NCBI GenBank assembly: GCA_033852075.1
Contig: JAWSVC010000014.1
Location: forward strand, 113 to 64,112
Source: Gammaproteobacteria bacterium
Lineage (GTDB): Bacteria > Pseudomonadota > Gammaproteobacteria > QZLD01
Direction: 5' to 3'
DNA: 64,000 bases
Both the position numbers and the translations under genes were made by a program. Shown here in pieces: positions 8,395 to 18,809 of this stretch (position 1 is its first letter; each line of letters opens with the position of its first letter). The notes under the pieces were generated by a model. The model had not been told where the DNA came from and searched no databases. It worked only from the letters and a program-made list of their open reading frames with translations.

Positions 8395-11300
8395 CTGCTA
8401 CATCCTTGATTCGCTGTTTTTTGCCCTGATGGTAGAATCCTACTGCAATCAACAATATGGCAATGATGATAACCACAATCAGAGTCAGGTGGCTCTGAAA
8501 AAAAGAGGAATACTGAACTGGTTTTTCCTGAGGCTGCTGCGCATTTTTCTTTTCCAGCTTTTTACCCTGTATCGGTTCATTAGAAGCCTTTCCAGGAGCG
8601 ATATCGGTAAGTTCAGCAGAGCGCTGTTGATATTGTTCAAGAATTTGGTTTAATTTTGGTGAATTTGGTGCAGAAAGTGTTTTATCAATAAACTGTTCCA
8701 GTTTTTCGTTTCCCCCTTCGCGTACTCCACTAGCGCGACCATGTTTGGCAACCGACTCGGCATAGGCAGCGGCAATCTCAAGACGGGTAGCTTCATCGGC
8801 CTGCCAATAACCTTTGCGTATGGTTTCCAGCATAGTTACAGCCAGTTTTTGAAATGCGTGCGGATTGGTTTTATCAAACCATTCTCTGATATCCAGATTC
8901 TGACTGTCACGCACATAAACATCGGCCACGTTATCCCAGTTGGCATCACTGAATGTCTGTTCACGCATGATTTCCCACCCCATCATGTTGTCGAGATTTT
9001 TAGCCAGGATATTGCCGCCGGCATAACCCTCTTTCATCATCGCCTTAATCCAGTTTGGATTGACCACGCGAATAAGTAAATCCTGCCTTGCAGCGGTAGT
9101 GGAATCAACCAGTTTTGCTTCGTCGGTATTGCGTACATCTACAAACAGCAGTTGCGGTTCGTTACCACTCATCTGCTTGATTGCAAGCGACAGTGTGCCA
9201 TCAACCCACCATGCAAATTTATTGGAAAGAACAAAATCGCGGTTATCGTACCAGCTACGCATAATTGTTTCGGTACCACTAAGAGCCTGGTCAAAAACTT
9301 CAGGTGCATTTTCGCCCCAGATCCCTTCGGTATATACGTGTTTATTGTATTTTAAGAACAGTTCAACAAGTTCCTCGCGACTTTCCCATTCTCCGGAACG
9401 CTCGGTCAGATAAAAAAACCAGTTGTGACTATCGATAATTTCTTCAGGTTTGGCGCCAAACATCCGTGCCTGCGAAAGCGCCAGTGCTCGCTGTTTTGCT
9501 ATACCTTCGGATTCAAGTTGTTTTCTTGTTGCTTCACTATGTTGGTAGACATAGTTATCCGGTTCTTTTTGCGATGCTGCCAGACGAATTGCGCGATCAA
9601 GCAGATGCATCATGGTTGGAAGTTCATCACGATAAACACTACGTGCCGACAAGAATACATCTATACGGGGACGCCCCAGTTCTTCGGCTGGAATCAGTTC
9701 AACATCACGCACCCGGTTCTTAGCATCCCACACCGGACGCACTCCCATCAAGTACAGTATTTGCGATTCAATAATGCCAAAATCACTATAGGTGGCAAAC
9801 GGAATCAGGCTGAACGCGATCTTCTGCGGATATTGGCCTTTGATTTCAAACTCGTCTGCCAGATGTTGATCTATTAACTTTTTCGCCAGATCCCATGATG
9901 CCTTGGATGGCAACTCTTCGGGATTGAGAATATAAAGATTGCGTCCACTTGGCACAACCGCCGGGTTACGTTCCGGACTACCTGATGGCCCCGGCAGAAT
10001 AAACCTACCCTCAAGTGCCGCAAAAACATTATCAATTTCATAATGAGTTTGCTGCAATCCGCTGTTCATCTCAACTGCCACTTCTAGTCCTTCAACAAAG
10101 GCTTCCGGCAATCCAGCAGCAGGAACTTCACCGTCACTTTGTTCCACCGCCTGAGCAAAAGTAAGGTTTTCCTGTAAAACCGATTTCAGAATCTCACGCC
10201 CTTTTTCTTTCAGGAAAAAGATATCCATCTCCTCTTCATCCTCATCATAGAGCTGCTTAAGACTGTTAAGAAAACGTTTTCCAAGACCGGAAACCAGATA
10301 AGGAACCAGTAATTCATCACTTGGAGGTTCTCCCAGAATATGCATTCCGGCCGGAACCTGTGCATTCATCAAGTCATGCAGGTGTAGTGAAAGCTGCTCA
10401 ATCTGCTCTTCCGTCATTAAATCATCCGCCCCTAAAGACAGATTTAAATCTCGATCCATACCGGTTGCAATAGTCTGTTCGGTAACTGCCCTGGCAAAGC
10501 GTTTCTTTAAAAAACCAATACCCAGTTGCTGATAACGATGAATATCTATCTCAAGATTAACCAGTTCATCCGGCAAACCTGCATCCATTAGCGGAGGAGG
10601 AATAAAGCCGATGTGCACAGCATGAGCACGCCGCTTGCTCGGCAATAATTCACTGGTATTGCTGGTCAGCCAGGGATTAATATTGGGCAGATCGCCAAGA
10701 AAAATATCACTCCAATCAGAACGCGACATAACCGCCATTTTCCCTTCATAAAGCCACTCCGAACCATGAGTACCAAAATGAACCAGAGCATCGGCATTAA
10801 AACCGTGTTGTAGCCAGAAATAGGAAGCAAGATAGTGATGCGTGGGAGGCAACAGACTTTCGCGAGTGTCCTGAACCTTCATCGAAGCGGTTAGAGTTTC
10901 ACCTTTAAGCGGCTGAGTAAATAGGATGACATTGCCTAAATCCAGTTTCGGCAAAACCAGATAGCGCTTGCCTTTATCTTCCCATACCATGATTTTTCCC
11001 GGTATCGCCCCCCACTGTTCAAGAACCTGATCCCGACGCCACTGCGGAATATATTCTTCAAACCATTGCTGGTATTGCTCCTCCGGAATAAGTACGGCAT
11101 GACCGCTACGCGCTATCCGGTCGATCTGGGCTGGCTCCCACTCTCCCATCTGTCGACCATGATCCATCATTTGAGTAACCAATTCCTCGGAACTGGATGG
11201 AGCATTATTAATCGTATATCCAGCTTTTTTCATTTCATCAAGAAACTTAATCATACTGCGTGGAGCATTCAGATTATGTGCAGGCCCGCTCATCAGACCG

Positions 11301-12472
11301 GATTTATCAGCTTCCCGGTCATAAATAACCAGTGCTATTTTTTTATTTTTATTAGATTTACGCCGCAGTTGTATCCAGCGTTTTGCGCGCCCGGCAATCC
11401 GGCGAATACGATCTGGGATTGGAATAATCTCTTCCCCGCTATCGTGACCGGTTTCGGTTCCACCAGCCGCCAGCGTTTCAGTGCCACCCTTCATCTCTGC
11501 CGATACAATTTGATGGAACTGCTGCGATTTCGACATGCCGGTCTGGTTGCTTTTGCGCCACTCATCTATTGACTCTTCGGTAAACCACATTGCATGCAGA
11601 CGTGGCACATCCAGTTTTTTCCAAAAATCCGGGCGCTCACGGGTATGTGAGTTCATAATCACCAGATCCGGTTTGAATGTTTCCAGTCGCTCTCGAAACT
11701 TTGGATCATCTGCAATAAAACTAACGGCCAGAATTTTCTGTTCGTGCAACTCATTAATGATTGCTTCTACCACACGAGGCTGATGAAACAGGACATGATG
11801 CCGCCATGTTCCCAATGCCACTCGAGGTGCATCTTGCAGATTCCACCCAGCCTTTTCAGCTTGCTGTAAAAATTGATCGACGGTTTCAAAATCACCATAT
11901 TGAGGGTGCCAGATCCTAACAACCTGTTCAGTAGGCGGAGGATTGATCTCACCCGGACGATTAAACCAGGTAATCAGCGCATAGCGTACCATCTCTTTCA
12001 TTGCTTCTCGTGACAAACCGTAATAGGACGCCATCTGTGGATCGCGCAGCATGTTCTCTGCGCCAATCCATTCCGCCCAGTTATTACATATCGGGCCAGG
12101 ACCAACACAAACCACTTTCAGCTGTGAACGTTTTTTCTTGGCGGTAACTACAGCCTGACGATATTGGTCTTTTAATTGACCTGAAGCAAATGAGGTTATT
12201 ATCAGATCAAATTTAGCCAAATCGGGCAACTTATCACGTCGAAACAGGTCAATCTTAAGTTTTGTAACTGTGACGTTCAGTTCATCCTGATAATCAGCCA
12301 TAGCATCAACCGCGCCACCTGCCATACCGATAACCCCAATGACAATTTTTTTCTCTGCCGGGGAGTTTTTTCTTTCTATCAAAGTATTATCAGCATCTGC
12401 TGCGTGCGCAATCTGAACCACATAGCTCAGCAAAAATATGGCTACTGGAATTAACCGAAAGATTATTTTCAT
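8387..12472 (-). CDS. CobN/Mg-chelatase-family large subunit homolog (1361 aa). It is exported (signal peptide) and has a C-terminal TM anchor. It resembles the HmuS type of TonB-receptor-associated (de)chelatases.
   Basis: Size is typical of CobN/ChlH. The conserved CobN motif ADALVHFGTHGSEWLYEGK is present. N-terminal signal MKIIFRLIPVAIFLLSYVVQIAHAADA. C-terminal TM LTLIVVIIIAILLIAVGFY. Confidence 0.75.
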   Translation of the reverse strand: MKIIFRLIPVAIFLLSYVVQIAHAADADNTLIERKNSPAEKKIVIGVIGMAGGAVDAMADYQDELNVTVTKLKIDLFRRDKLPDLAKFDLIITSFASGQLKDQYRQAVVTAKKKRSQLKVVCVGPGPICNNWAEWIGAENMLRDPQMASYYGLSREAMKEMVRYALITWFNRPGEINPPPTEQVVRIWHPQYGDFETVDQFLQQAEKAGWNLQDAPRVALGTWRHHVLFHQPRVVEAIINELHEQKILAVSFIADDPKFRERLETFKPDLVIMNSHTRERPDFWKKLDVPRLHAMWFTEESIDEWRKSNQTGMSKSQQFHQIVSAEMKGGTETLAAGGTETGHDSGEEIIPIPDRIRRIAGRAKRWIQLRRKSNKNKKIALVIYDREADKSGLMSGPAHNLNAPRSMIKFLDEMKKAGYTINNAPSSSEELVTQMMDHGRQMGEWEPAQIDRIARSGHAVLIPEEQYQQWFEEYIPQWRRDQVLEQWGAIPGKIMVWEDKGKRYLVLPKLDLGNVILFTQPLKGETLTASMKVQDTRESLLPPTHHYLASYFWLQHGFNADALVHFGTHGSEWLYEGKMAVMSRSDWSDIFLGDLPNINPWLTSNTSELLPSKRRAHAVHIGFIPPPLMDAGLPDELVNLEIDIHRYQQLGIGFLKKRFARAVTEQTIATGMDRDLNLSLGADDLMTEEQIEQLSLHLHDLMNAQVPAGMHILGEPPSDELLVPYLVSGLGKRFLNSLKQLYDEDEEEMDIFFLKEKGREILKSVLQENLTFAQAVEQSDGEVPAAGLPEAFVEGLEVAVEMNSGLQQTHYEIDNVFAALEGRFILPGPSGSPERNPAVVPSGRNLYILNPEELPSKASWDLAKKLIDQHLADEFEIKGQYPQKIAFSLIPFATYSDFGIIESQILYLMGVRPVWDAKNRVRDVELIPAEELGRPRIDVFLSARSVYRDELPTMMHLLDRAIRLAASQKEPDNYVYQHSEATRKQLESEGIAKQRALALSQARMFGAKPEEIIDSHNWFFYLTERSGEWESREELVELFLKYNKHVYTEGIWGENAPEVFDQALSGTETIMRSWYDNRDFVLSNKFAWWVDGTLSLAIKQMSGNEPQLLFVDVRNTDEAKLVDSTTAARQDLLIRVVNPNWIKAMMKEGYAGGNILAKNLDNMMGWEIMREQTFSDANWDNVADVYVRDSQNLDIREWFDKTNPHAFQKLAVTMLETIRKGYWQADEATRLEIAAAYAESVAKHGRASGVREGGNEKLEQFIDKTLSAPNSPKLNQILEQYQQRSAELTDIAPGKASNEPIQGKKLEKKNAQQPQEKPVQYSSFFQSHLTLIVVIIIAILLIAVGFYHQGKKQRIKDVADD

Positions 12473-12497
12473 CAGATCCCTTTATGTCACGATTAGA

Positions 12498-14525
12498 TTA
12501 AAGTTTGAAACTAATTGAACTATTAACCAATAACCCTGGCGCCTCTGCCGGAACCGGAGGTACACTGTAGATGTCATAGTTATCATCAAGCAGGTTTTCA
12601 AAACTTAGTGTCCAGGATGATGATGAATTAATATCACCGGAAAATGCTAAATCCAGAGAAATATACTCATCCCTGACTCCTGCCTCATCGTTATCATAAT
12701 CATCATAACGGTCACCTTCATAACGGGCATTCAAATCAATAACTATCCAATCAAACGCCTGAACATTGATTCCAATATTTGCCTTATGTTTTGGAACAAA
12801 CGGTAAATAATTACCAACTATGCCGCTGTCGGTATCATCTTCAGTCACAGTTGAACGATTGTAAGTATAACTTGTACGCAGCTCCCAACCAGGAACAAAT
12901 TCCCAGATTAATTCCGCATCAGTACCATACACCTTAACCCCGGTAATATTGTCAGCCTGACTTTCAAAGGCTGACAAAGTACGATATCCAATAAAATCTT
13001 CACTACGCGTATAATATGTGGCTGCCCGCACCATTAGATCTTTTGTGAAAAAGTGATCTACACCAATTTCTGTAGACCATGCCTTTTCAGGTTCAAGATT
13101 TGGATTACCGTAAAGCAAAGATGGGCCGCGCGAGAATACGGTATAAAGTTGAAATAATGTCGGCGCAGCAAATGATCTACCAATCGATGCACGCAAGGTA
13201 GTTTTTTCCCCCCAGCGATCAACCAGTGAAAGTTTTGGGTTTACTGCAGACCAGGAGCGATCTTCATACTCAATATCCACAGCCGGTCTTCCCATCCCCG
13301 GATTGGTATCGATACTTTTACCATCACTGCTCTGAGAGTAATCGATTCTAAAACCAGGTGTAAAAATCAGCTTATGGTTGGCATAGGCATAGCTCATCTC
13401 ATCCTGTGCAAACAATGAAACTAACAGCTGTTTACCTTCCGCAGTAGCATCACGATCTGCAACATAATCGTTATCCTTATTCATGTAGGTGATACTGGAA
13501 TCAAAGCCTACTGACAACAGATGATTCCTTCCTAACTCAGTATTAAGCTGGAAAAGTTGTCCATATTTTGTTGCATCATCATTTTCCGTATGATCATGAG
13601 TATCATATGTTGGTCTGGCGGAAAGAATAACCTCTCGCTGCAGCGAATTTATATACCCCAATAGAGATATATCCATGCTGTCATTAAGCCATCTTTCATA
13701 GGAAGCGGTTAACAGCGTTGTGCGATTAATCTGGTCGGTAAGTAAAATACCACGGCTATAATCTTCATTTACGTAGTTAAAACCAAGTGAGAATGAGGAA
13801 TCATCATCGATATCTACAGTATATTTACCAAGCATACTGGCATCGGAACGTTCATTTGCAACGTAATAGGGTTGCTCTTCAATAGCCTGAACATAGCCCC
13901 CGGTTTTGTATGCCTTTCCTCCAAGAACATAACCATGCTTTCCAGATTGCGCACCGCTATAAGCAGAAGTTGTAAAGGTATTTAAACTACCATAACCCAG
14001 TTTGAAAATACCGCCATTAATCTTATCAGGACTTTTGGTTATAATATTAATCACCCCTCCCATAGCGCCAGAACCATAAAGGGCTGACATTGGCCCACGC
14101 ACAATCTCGATGCGATCCACCATCTCTTTTGGAATCATTGACCAGTTAACCGATCCTCCCTGACCATCATTAAATGGTATACCATCAACCAATACCAAGG
14201 TTCTGCTTTGATCTTGAATGCCACGCAAGGTAATATCTCGCCCCGGCCCGCACTCGGCAATATGAGTTCTGGAATGGGAAACACTGGAAATACGCTTTAA
14301 ATAATCGTCAATAGTAACTTCTGCTGCCTGTTCCAAATCTTCACCAGACACCACAGTCACCATAGCCGGAGCTTCTACCCAGGCAGACTCCCTTCTGTTG
14401 GCAGTAACCACAACACCACCAATCTCGTCATATGAATCTGTTGCAAAACTAGCAGAGGGGATTGGAAGAAGAGTAATAGATGCCAGGAACAAGGCACACT
14501 TATGATTAAAAGAGAGGAAACACAT
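12498..14525 (-). CDS. TonB-dependent outer-membrane receptor (675 aa).
   Basis: Signal peptide. TonB-box-like DEIGGVVVTANR. Plug-domain motifs (RGPMSALYGSGAMGGVINIITK). C-terminal residue F (..SISFKL). Confidence 0.85.
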   Translation of the reverse strand: MCFLSFNHKCALFLASITLLPIPSASFATDSYDEIGGVVVTANRRESAWVEAPAMVTVVSGEDLEQAAEVTIDDYLKRISSVSHSRTHIAECGPGRDITLRGIQDQSRTLVLVDGIPFNDGQGGSVNWSMIPKEMVDRIEIVRGPMSALYGSGAMGGVINIITKSPDKINGGIFKLGYGSLNTFTTSAYSGAQSGKHGYVLGGKAYKTGGYVQAIEEQPYYVANERSDASMLGKYTVDIDDDSSFSLGFNYVNEDYSRGILLTDQINRTTLLTASYERWLNDSMDISLLGYINSLQREVILSARPTYDTHDHTENDDATKYGQLFQLNTELGRNHLLSVGFDSSITYMNKDNDYVADRDATAEGKQLLVSLFAQDEMSYAYANHKLIFTPGFRIDYSQSSDGKSIDTNPGMGRPAVDIEYEDRSWSAVNPKLSLVDRWGEKTTLRASIGRSFAAPTLFQLYTVFSRGPSLLYGNPNLEPEKAWSTEIGVDHFFTKDLMVRAATYYTRSEDFIGYRTLSAFESQADNITGVKVYGTDAELIWEFVPGWELRTSYTYNRSTVTEDDTDSGIVGNYLPFVPKHKANIGINVQAFDWIVIDLNARYEGDRYDDYDNDEAGVRDEYISLDLAFSGDINSSSSWTLSFENLLDDNYDIYSVPPVPAEAPGLLVNSSISFKL

Positions 14526-14612
14526 ATTTTTTCCTTAATAAAAACAAAACAACGTGTAATACAAAACAAGAGCGGCATATTAATGAAAAAACATGACACT
14601 ATTATTAAGCGC

Positions 14613-16223
14613 TTACATATCGTTAGATTTGATCGGATAATCAACCCATATATGACTTATTCCAAAGGCCCTTACAATAAAATAAATCAGTATTATCCCA
14701 ACCGTTATAATTATCGGCCAATTTGGAAATCTAGCCCATAAAGTAGGGCGATATGACCGCAAATTGATTACCCCTTTAATGATTGATTTGCTTTCGATAT
14801 CTGATTTTTTTACTACCCGCGCATTATCGATAATGGCTGCAACTCCGTAACCGGTTGATCGAATTGCCGGCAAGCCATATTCGGCACTTCTAAGAATAAG
14901 CATATCGAGCTGTTGCTCGGATTCGGAGCTATTACCAAACCATGCATCGTTAGATATATTTACAATCAGACTGCTTTGTTGCGAGATAATATCGTGTGAT
15001 AGTTTTGGCATACCAATTTCATAACAGATCATTGTAGCCAGTGAAATATCCCTACCTATATCCCGAAAGGTAATCGGCAGAGCATTCTCACCTTTATGGT
15101 AAAACTGGCTCTGTTGATATCCACCCAATGAAAATAATGCATATTTACGCTCAGCAAATGGCAATAGAAAATTTTTATCATAACGTCCTGCTGCTTCACC
15201 ATCCGGTGAATATAAAAATGCGGAATTATATATCCTTCTGCTCTCCCCCTTTCCGATAAAAGCAGGGGAACCGGTAAGAAGCCATGCCCCTGTCTTTTGG
15301 GTTATCTCCCTAATTACTTTTTTTGCTAATACAGAATTCTCTACGCCAGAAGTTATAGCGGTTTCCGGCCAAATGATAAGACGGGTATTCTCCGAATCAC
15401 CATCATCAAATGCCAGCAATGACATCTGCCGATAAATAGCCAATGTCTGTTGGTTAAATTCACTATTCCAACGCTGCTTTTGATTGATAACAGGATGAAT
15501 CAATGCAATTTCAATTTCATTTCCGCTTGATCCCTTATTATTAGGCAAGCTCATTACCCCAATCACGAATGTAAGAATGATTATAAAAAATGCCACAGTT
15601 GCCGCTTTAAAAAAGATAGGAATATTCTTAATGCCCCAAAAAAAGATCAGGCAACATAAAATAACTACAAAATGCAATCCAACACCACCGATGTATCCAG
15701 CAAGACCGTGCAAACCGGGAATATTTACAAGAGCAGCAGGGAAAAAACCCCAGCTATTTTCAGGGGAAATATTAATTCTTAACCATTCTATGGTTGTAAA
15801 TATTGATGCAGTTAATGCCGAAAAAAACACAGCTATTATGATGTTTTTCGTATTCACCAATAATGTAATTGGGTATTTGGCAATCTTTACCACCAACCCC
15901 ATCCAGATACCATGAGGAACTACTACCACCGATAAAAATAATAACCACGCAAGTAGCAAATAAAGCTGATAATGATTAGTCAGGGTTTCCAACAACCAAA
16001 AACTAATGGTTATTGCTTTTGTACAACCATAAATAAAACCGCAAATAAATGGATATTTAGATCTCTCTACCGCATAGAAAAAGATTAAAAATGCCGGAAT
16101 AACAATAATAAAACAATGGTATGGAGCAAAAACTAACCGCATAGCTATACCAGAAATCACACACAGCATCAGATAGTTCATTTCCCGGTGTCTTGTTTTT
16201 ATATCAATTAATTTTTGTAACAT
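14613..16223 (-). CDS. lnt: Apolipoprotein N-acyltransferase (Lnt) paralog. It has a polytopic N-terminal domain, a CN-hydrolase domain and a C-terminal TM. The start codon is uncertain (alternatives 16277, 16223 or 16181).
   Basis: Lnt catalytic-triad motifs are present: IWPETA, RYDKNFLLPFAE (E. coli YDKHHLVPFGEF) and MICYEI (E. coli ICYEI). N-terminal match LVFAPYHCF to Lnt LAFSPYDVW. The gene sits in an accessory island rather than the usual ybeX-lnt context. Confidence 0.75.
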   Translation of the reverse strand: MLQKLIDIKTRHREMNYLMLCVISGIAMRLVFAPYHCFIIVIPAFLIFFYAVERSKYPFICGFIYGCTKAITISFWLLETLTNHYQLYLLLAWLLFLSVVVVPHGIWMGLVVKIAKYPITLLVNTKNIIIAVFFSALTASIFTTIEWLRINISPENSWGFFPAALVNIPGLHGLAGYIGGVGLHFVVILCCLIFFWGIKNIPIFFKAATVAFFIIILTFVIGVMSLPNNKGSSGNEIEIALIHPVINQKQRWNSEFNQQTLAIYRQMSLLAFDDGDSENTRLIIWPETAITSGVENSVLAKKVIREITQKTGAWLLTGSPAFIGKGESRRIYNSAFLYSPDGEAAGRYDKNFLLPFAERKYALFSLGGYQQSQFYHKGENALPITFRDIGRDISLATMICYEIGMPKLSHDIISQQSSLIVNISNDAWFGNSSESEQQLDMLILRSAEYGLPAIRSTGYGVAAIIDNARVVKKSDIESKSIIKGVINLRSYRPTLWARFPNWPIIITVGIILIYFIVRAFGISHIWVDYPIKSNDM

Positions 16224-16290
16224 ATGATTAATAATGTAGATGTAACATGTCGGTAAATTTACATTCAGCAGACACATTCAGAAAATAAAT

Positions 16291-16527
16291 ATGCCTAAAG
16301 GAAAGATCCTAAAATACAAGAGCGGTTATAATCCTAACTCCAGCTCGATTGGTACCAACCTTACGCCATTATTAATTGGCGGAGCCGTTATATCATTATG
16401 CATTCCAATTATTTCAATTTTTGTAGCACGCAGAATCAAAAGAAAGAATAAGGCATCTGTTGATATTGATTCTAGTAATAATGATTCTGATAATATTGAA
16501 ACTGAAGATTTAACCGAGAAAGAATAA
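16291..16527 (+). CDS. Hypothetical small membrane protein (78 aa) with one TM and an acidic tail. It is divergent from the lnt paralog. Coding status is uncertain.
   Basis: ORF with TM LTPLLIGGAVISLCIPIISIFVA followed by RRIKRKNK. There is no convincing SD sequence. Confidence 0.25.
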   Translation: MPKGKILKYKSGYNPNSSSIGTNLTPLLIGGAVISLCIPIISIFVARRIKRKNKASVDIDSSNNDSDNIETEDLTEKE

Positions 16528-16552
16528 TCAATAATCTTATTTGCAACAAAAA

Positions 16553-17737
16553 CTACAAATACCCACGAACTACAAACGGGCATTCCGGATCAGGATCTGA
16601 TAACGAACCACTAACAAAACGGCTTACGGCATGACATCCACCTTTGCAGATATTTAGATAATTGCATTTGCTACAGATCGTATCATTACAATCATCCCAG
16701 TTTCTGAATGCAGAAAAGGTATCTGTTTTATTCCAGTTCTCAGCTAGTTGTTCGAGCGGCACATTTTCATTCTCAATAAAGCTACAAGGAGAAGCCAAAC
16801 CATTGGCATTAACTCCTATCAGCCAATTTCCTGCATCACATCCCATAATTGCGAAGTATTCCAGAATTTCACGAGGAGGATTATGAAAACAAATAAATGG
16901 AGTAAATGAGCAATCAAGTTTAAGACTTACCCGATATTTTCTAGCCAGCTTTTTTAACCTGGGATAAAGGTCAATAACCTGCTCGGGTTCTAACTTCATT
17001 TGATCGTAGATATCTTTACCACGCCCTGATGGTTTAAAGCGTAAGAATTCTATATCAACTATCTTTCTCTTTTTGGCATAGGCAATTATTGCCTCTAACG
17101 ATTCATAGTTTTTCCGAGAAATAACACAGTTGATACCAACCCTGATATCGTTTTGTTGCAGCAGTCCAATAGCTTGGTCGGCAAGCTGAAAATGCTCTTC
17201 CGGCCTGCTGGTTTCCAGTTTATTATCGACGCTATCCAGACTTACATTTACCTGTCCAAATACCCTACATTTTTCTGCCAACTCAGGAGTTATAAGATGG
17301 CCGTTTGTTGTTACGTTTGGAACAATATTGTATTGCCGAAAACATTCAGCAAGTTCAAAAAACCACGGAATGGAAAAGGACTCGCCGCCCCCCAGTGCAA
17401 CATGAAATATCTTCATTTCGGCAAGTTTATTGGCAACCGAAATGGCTTTTTGCAGATCTTCTTCTTTATCGTTTAGTTTTTCAATATCATTGCTGGAAGC
17501 CATGTAGCAACCGCTGCAACCTAGAGAGCAATAATCGGTAATGGCATAATGCGCCTCTATCGGCCCGGATAGTATTCCGTTATCTGGTTGATTCCATATA
17601 TCATCATCTTTGCGGCTTAATTCTTTAATATAATTTTTATCCACGAAGGTCAGTGCCGGAGGATTATTGGTGGCAATTATTCCGCCAAATGTTTCGTAAC
17701 GAAGAAGAAAGTCGTCTTGCATTATATTGTTCACCAA
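16553..17737 (-). CDS. Radical SAM enzyme with a C-terminal SPASM domain (394 aa). It is a probable peptide/cofactor-modifying maturase.
   Basis: CX3CX2C motif (CSLGCSGCYM) at about residue 70. C-terminal auxiliary-cluster cysteines (CDAGNW...SPCSF...CSKCNYLNICKGGCHAVS). Confidence 0.8.
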   Translation of the reverse strand: MVNNIMQDDFLLRYETFGGIIATNNPPALTFVDKNYIKELSRKDDDIWNQPDNGILSGPIEAHYAITDYCSLGCSGCYMASSNDIEKLNDKEEDLQKAISVANKLAEMKIFHVALGGGESFSIPWFFELAECFRQYNIVPNVTTNGHLITPELAEKCRVFGQVNVSLDSVDNKLETSRPEEHFQLADQAIGLLQQNDIRVGINCVISRKNYESLEAIIAYAKKRKIVDIEFLRFKPSGRGKDIYDQMKLEPEQVIDLYPRLKKLARKYRVSLKLDCSFTPFICFHNPPREILEYFAIMGCDAGNWLIGVNANGLASPCSFIENENVPLEQLAENWNKTDTFSAFRNWDDCNDTICSKCNYLNICKGGCHAVSRFVSGSLSDPDPECPFVVRGYL

Positions 17738-17771
17738 CTATTCATAGGCGCATTGCCGTCCAAAATAAGTT

Positions 17772-18809
17772 TTACGGCAGATATACCTGCCCCTGAGTCC
17801 CAATTTGAGATAACCGAAGATTAATATCCCAACGGACTTTAGCCCCTTTCATAAAGCCTGCCTGGTAAGTACCGCTGCCGCTTAATTTAGCAGAGGTAAG
17901 TACATTATCTTCAATTCTGGCAGTTACAGTGCCGTTTAGACTATGGAGCTTTATCTTCTGGTTTTTTTCATCAATATCTTCGCGTTTTGCGATATTCCAG
18001 GTAGCTGTATCTCCTGTTTCACTTACCAACTCAAGATCTATTACCGGCTCAATATCTCTGATTATCTCAACCCATTTTTTTCTAACCAGCGGCTCTCCGT
18101 GTGCTTTATCCAGCATCTCATTAACTAAAGCTAACTTGTCATTTTGGAATTGGTTTCCACTGGAATCGTAATATTCAGTTTCACCATCTACAAAATAATA
18201 ATCTCCGTTATAGATTGGCGCAGAAAAAACCTCTTGTTTACTGTTACTTTTACTTGTCTGATATAGCGCAAAATCGCCTTCATCATCCTTTAATAATTTG
18301 AATTTGCTTTTTACGATATAGCTTTCCCCGTCGAAATTATCGCGTCGATTGGTAAAGCTTGGCACCTCAAGTTCCATCTCCCCCGTATAGGCAAAGGAAG
18401 GGAAAAATATCATAAGATTTTTCACCGGCATGGCAAATTGCCGCAATTTTGAAACTGTTTCAAGCCGTTGCGGATCTTTGAAAAGGGACTCCTCCGGATC
18501 ATCGACTACCACGCTGGCAATCGTAATATTCTTTAACTTTGGATCGATTTTACTATCCTGGGAATACTGACTTTGCGCAATAGATTTATTGCCTGCATCC
18601 TTGTCTACTGAATGAGTGGTTTCAGTAATCTGCGGTTTGGGTTGCGACTCACTAATTTGTTTATCAGCTCGCATTACAGAATGCGCAATAGAACCAGATT
18701 TATTTTCTACTTGATTTGCTTCAGCTCTACCCCAATCTTTTGCAATATATAAAAACAGTGCAATAAAACATACCAGCGCAGAAACAACTGCAACTATCCT
18801 GTTCTTCAT
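17772..18809 (-). CDS. Hypothetical exported/membrane-anchored protein (345 aa).
   Basis: N-terminal hydrophobic anchor MKNRIVAVVSALVCFIALFLYIA. No recognisable motifs. Its start overlaps the stop of the upstream gene by 4 nt. Confidence 0.5.
   Translation of the reverse strand: MKNRIVAVVSALVCFIALFLYIAKDWGRAEANQVENKSGSIAHSVMRADKQISESQPKPQITETTHSVDKDAGNKSIAQSQYSQDSKIDPKLKNITIASVVVDDPEESLFKDPQRLETVSKLRQFAMPVKNLMIFFPSFAYTGEMELEVPSFTNRRDNFDGESYIVKSKFKLLKDDEGDFALYQTSKSNSKQEVFSAPIYNGDYYFVDGETEYYDSSGNQFQNDKLALVNEMLDKAHGEPLVRKKWVEIIRDIEPVIDLELVSETGDTATWNIAKREDIDEKNQKIKLHSLNGTVTARIEDNVLTSAKLSGSGTYQAGFMKGAKVRWDINLRLSQIGTQGQVYLP

Noticed and set aside
14526-14612. Cobalamin riboswitch upstream of the TonB-dependent receptor or CobN-like genes.
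   Set aside because: The intergenic gap is only 87 bp and lacks the B12-box. The gene appears co-transcribed with the upstream lnt paralog.
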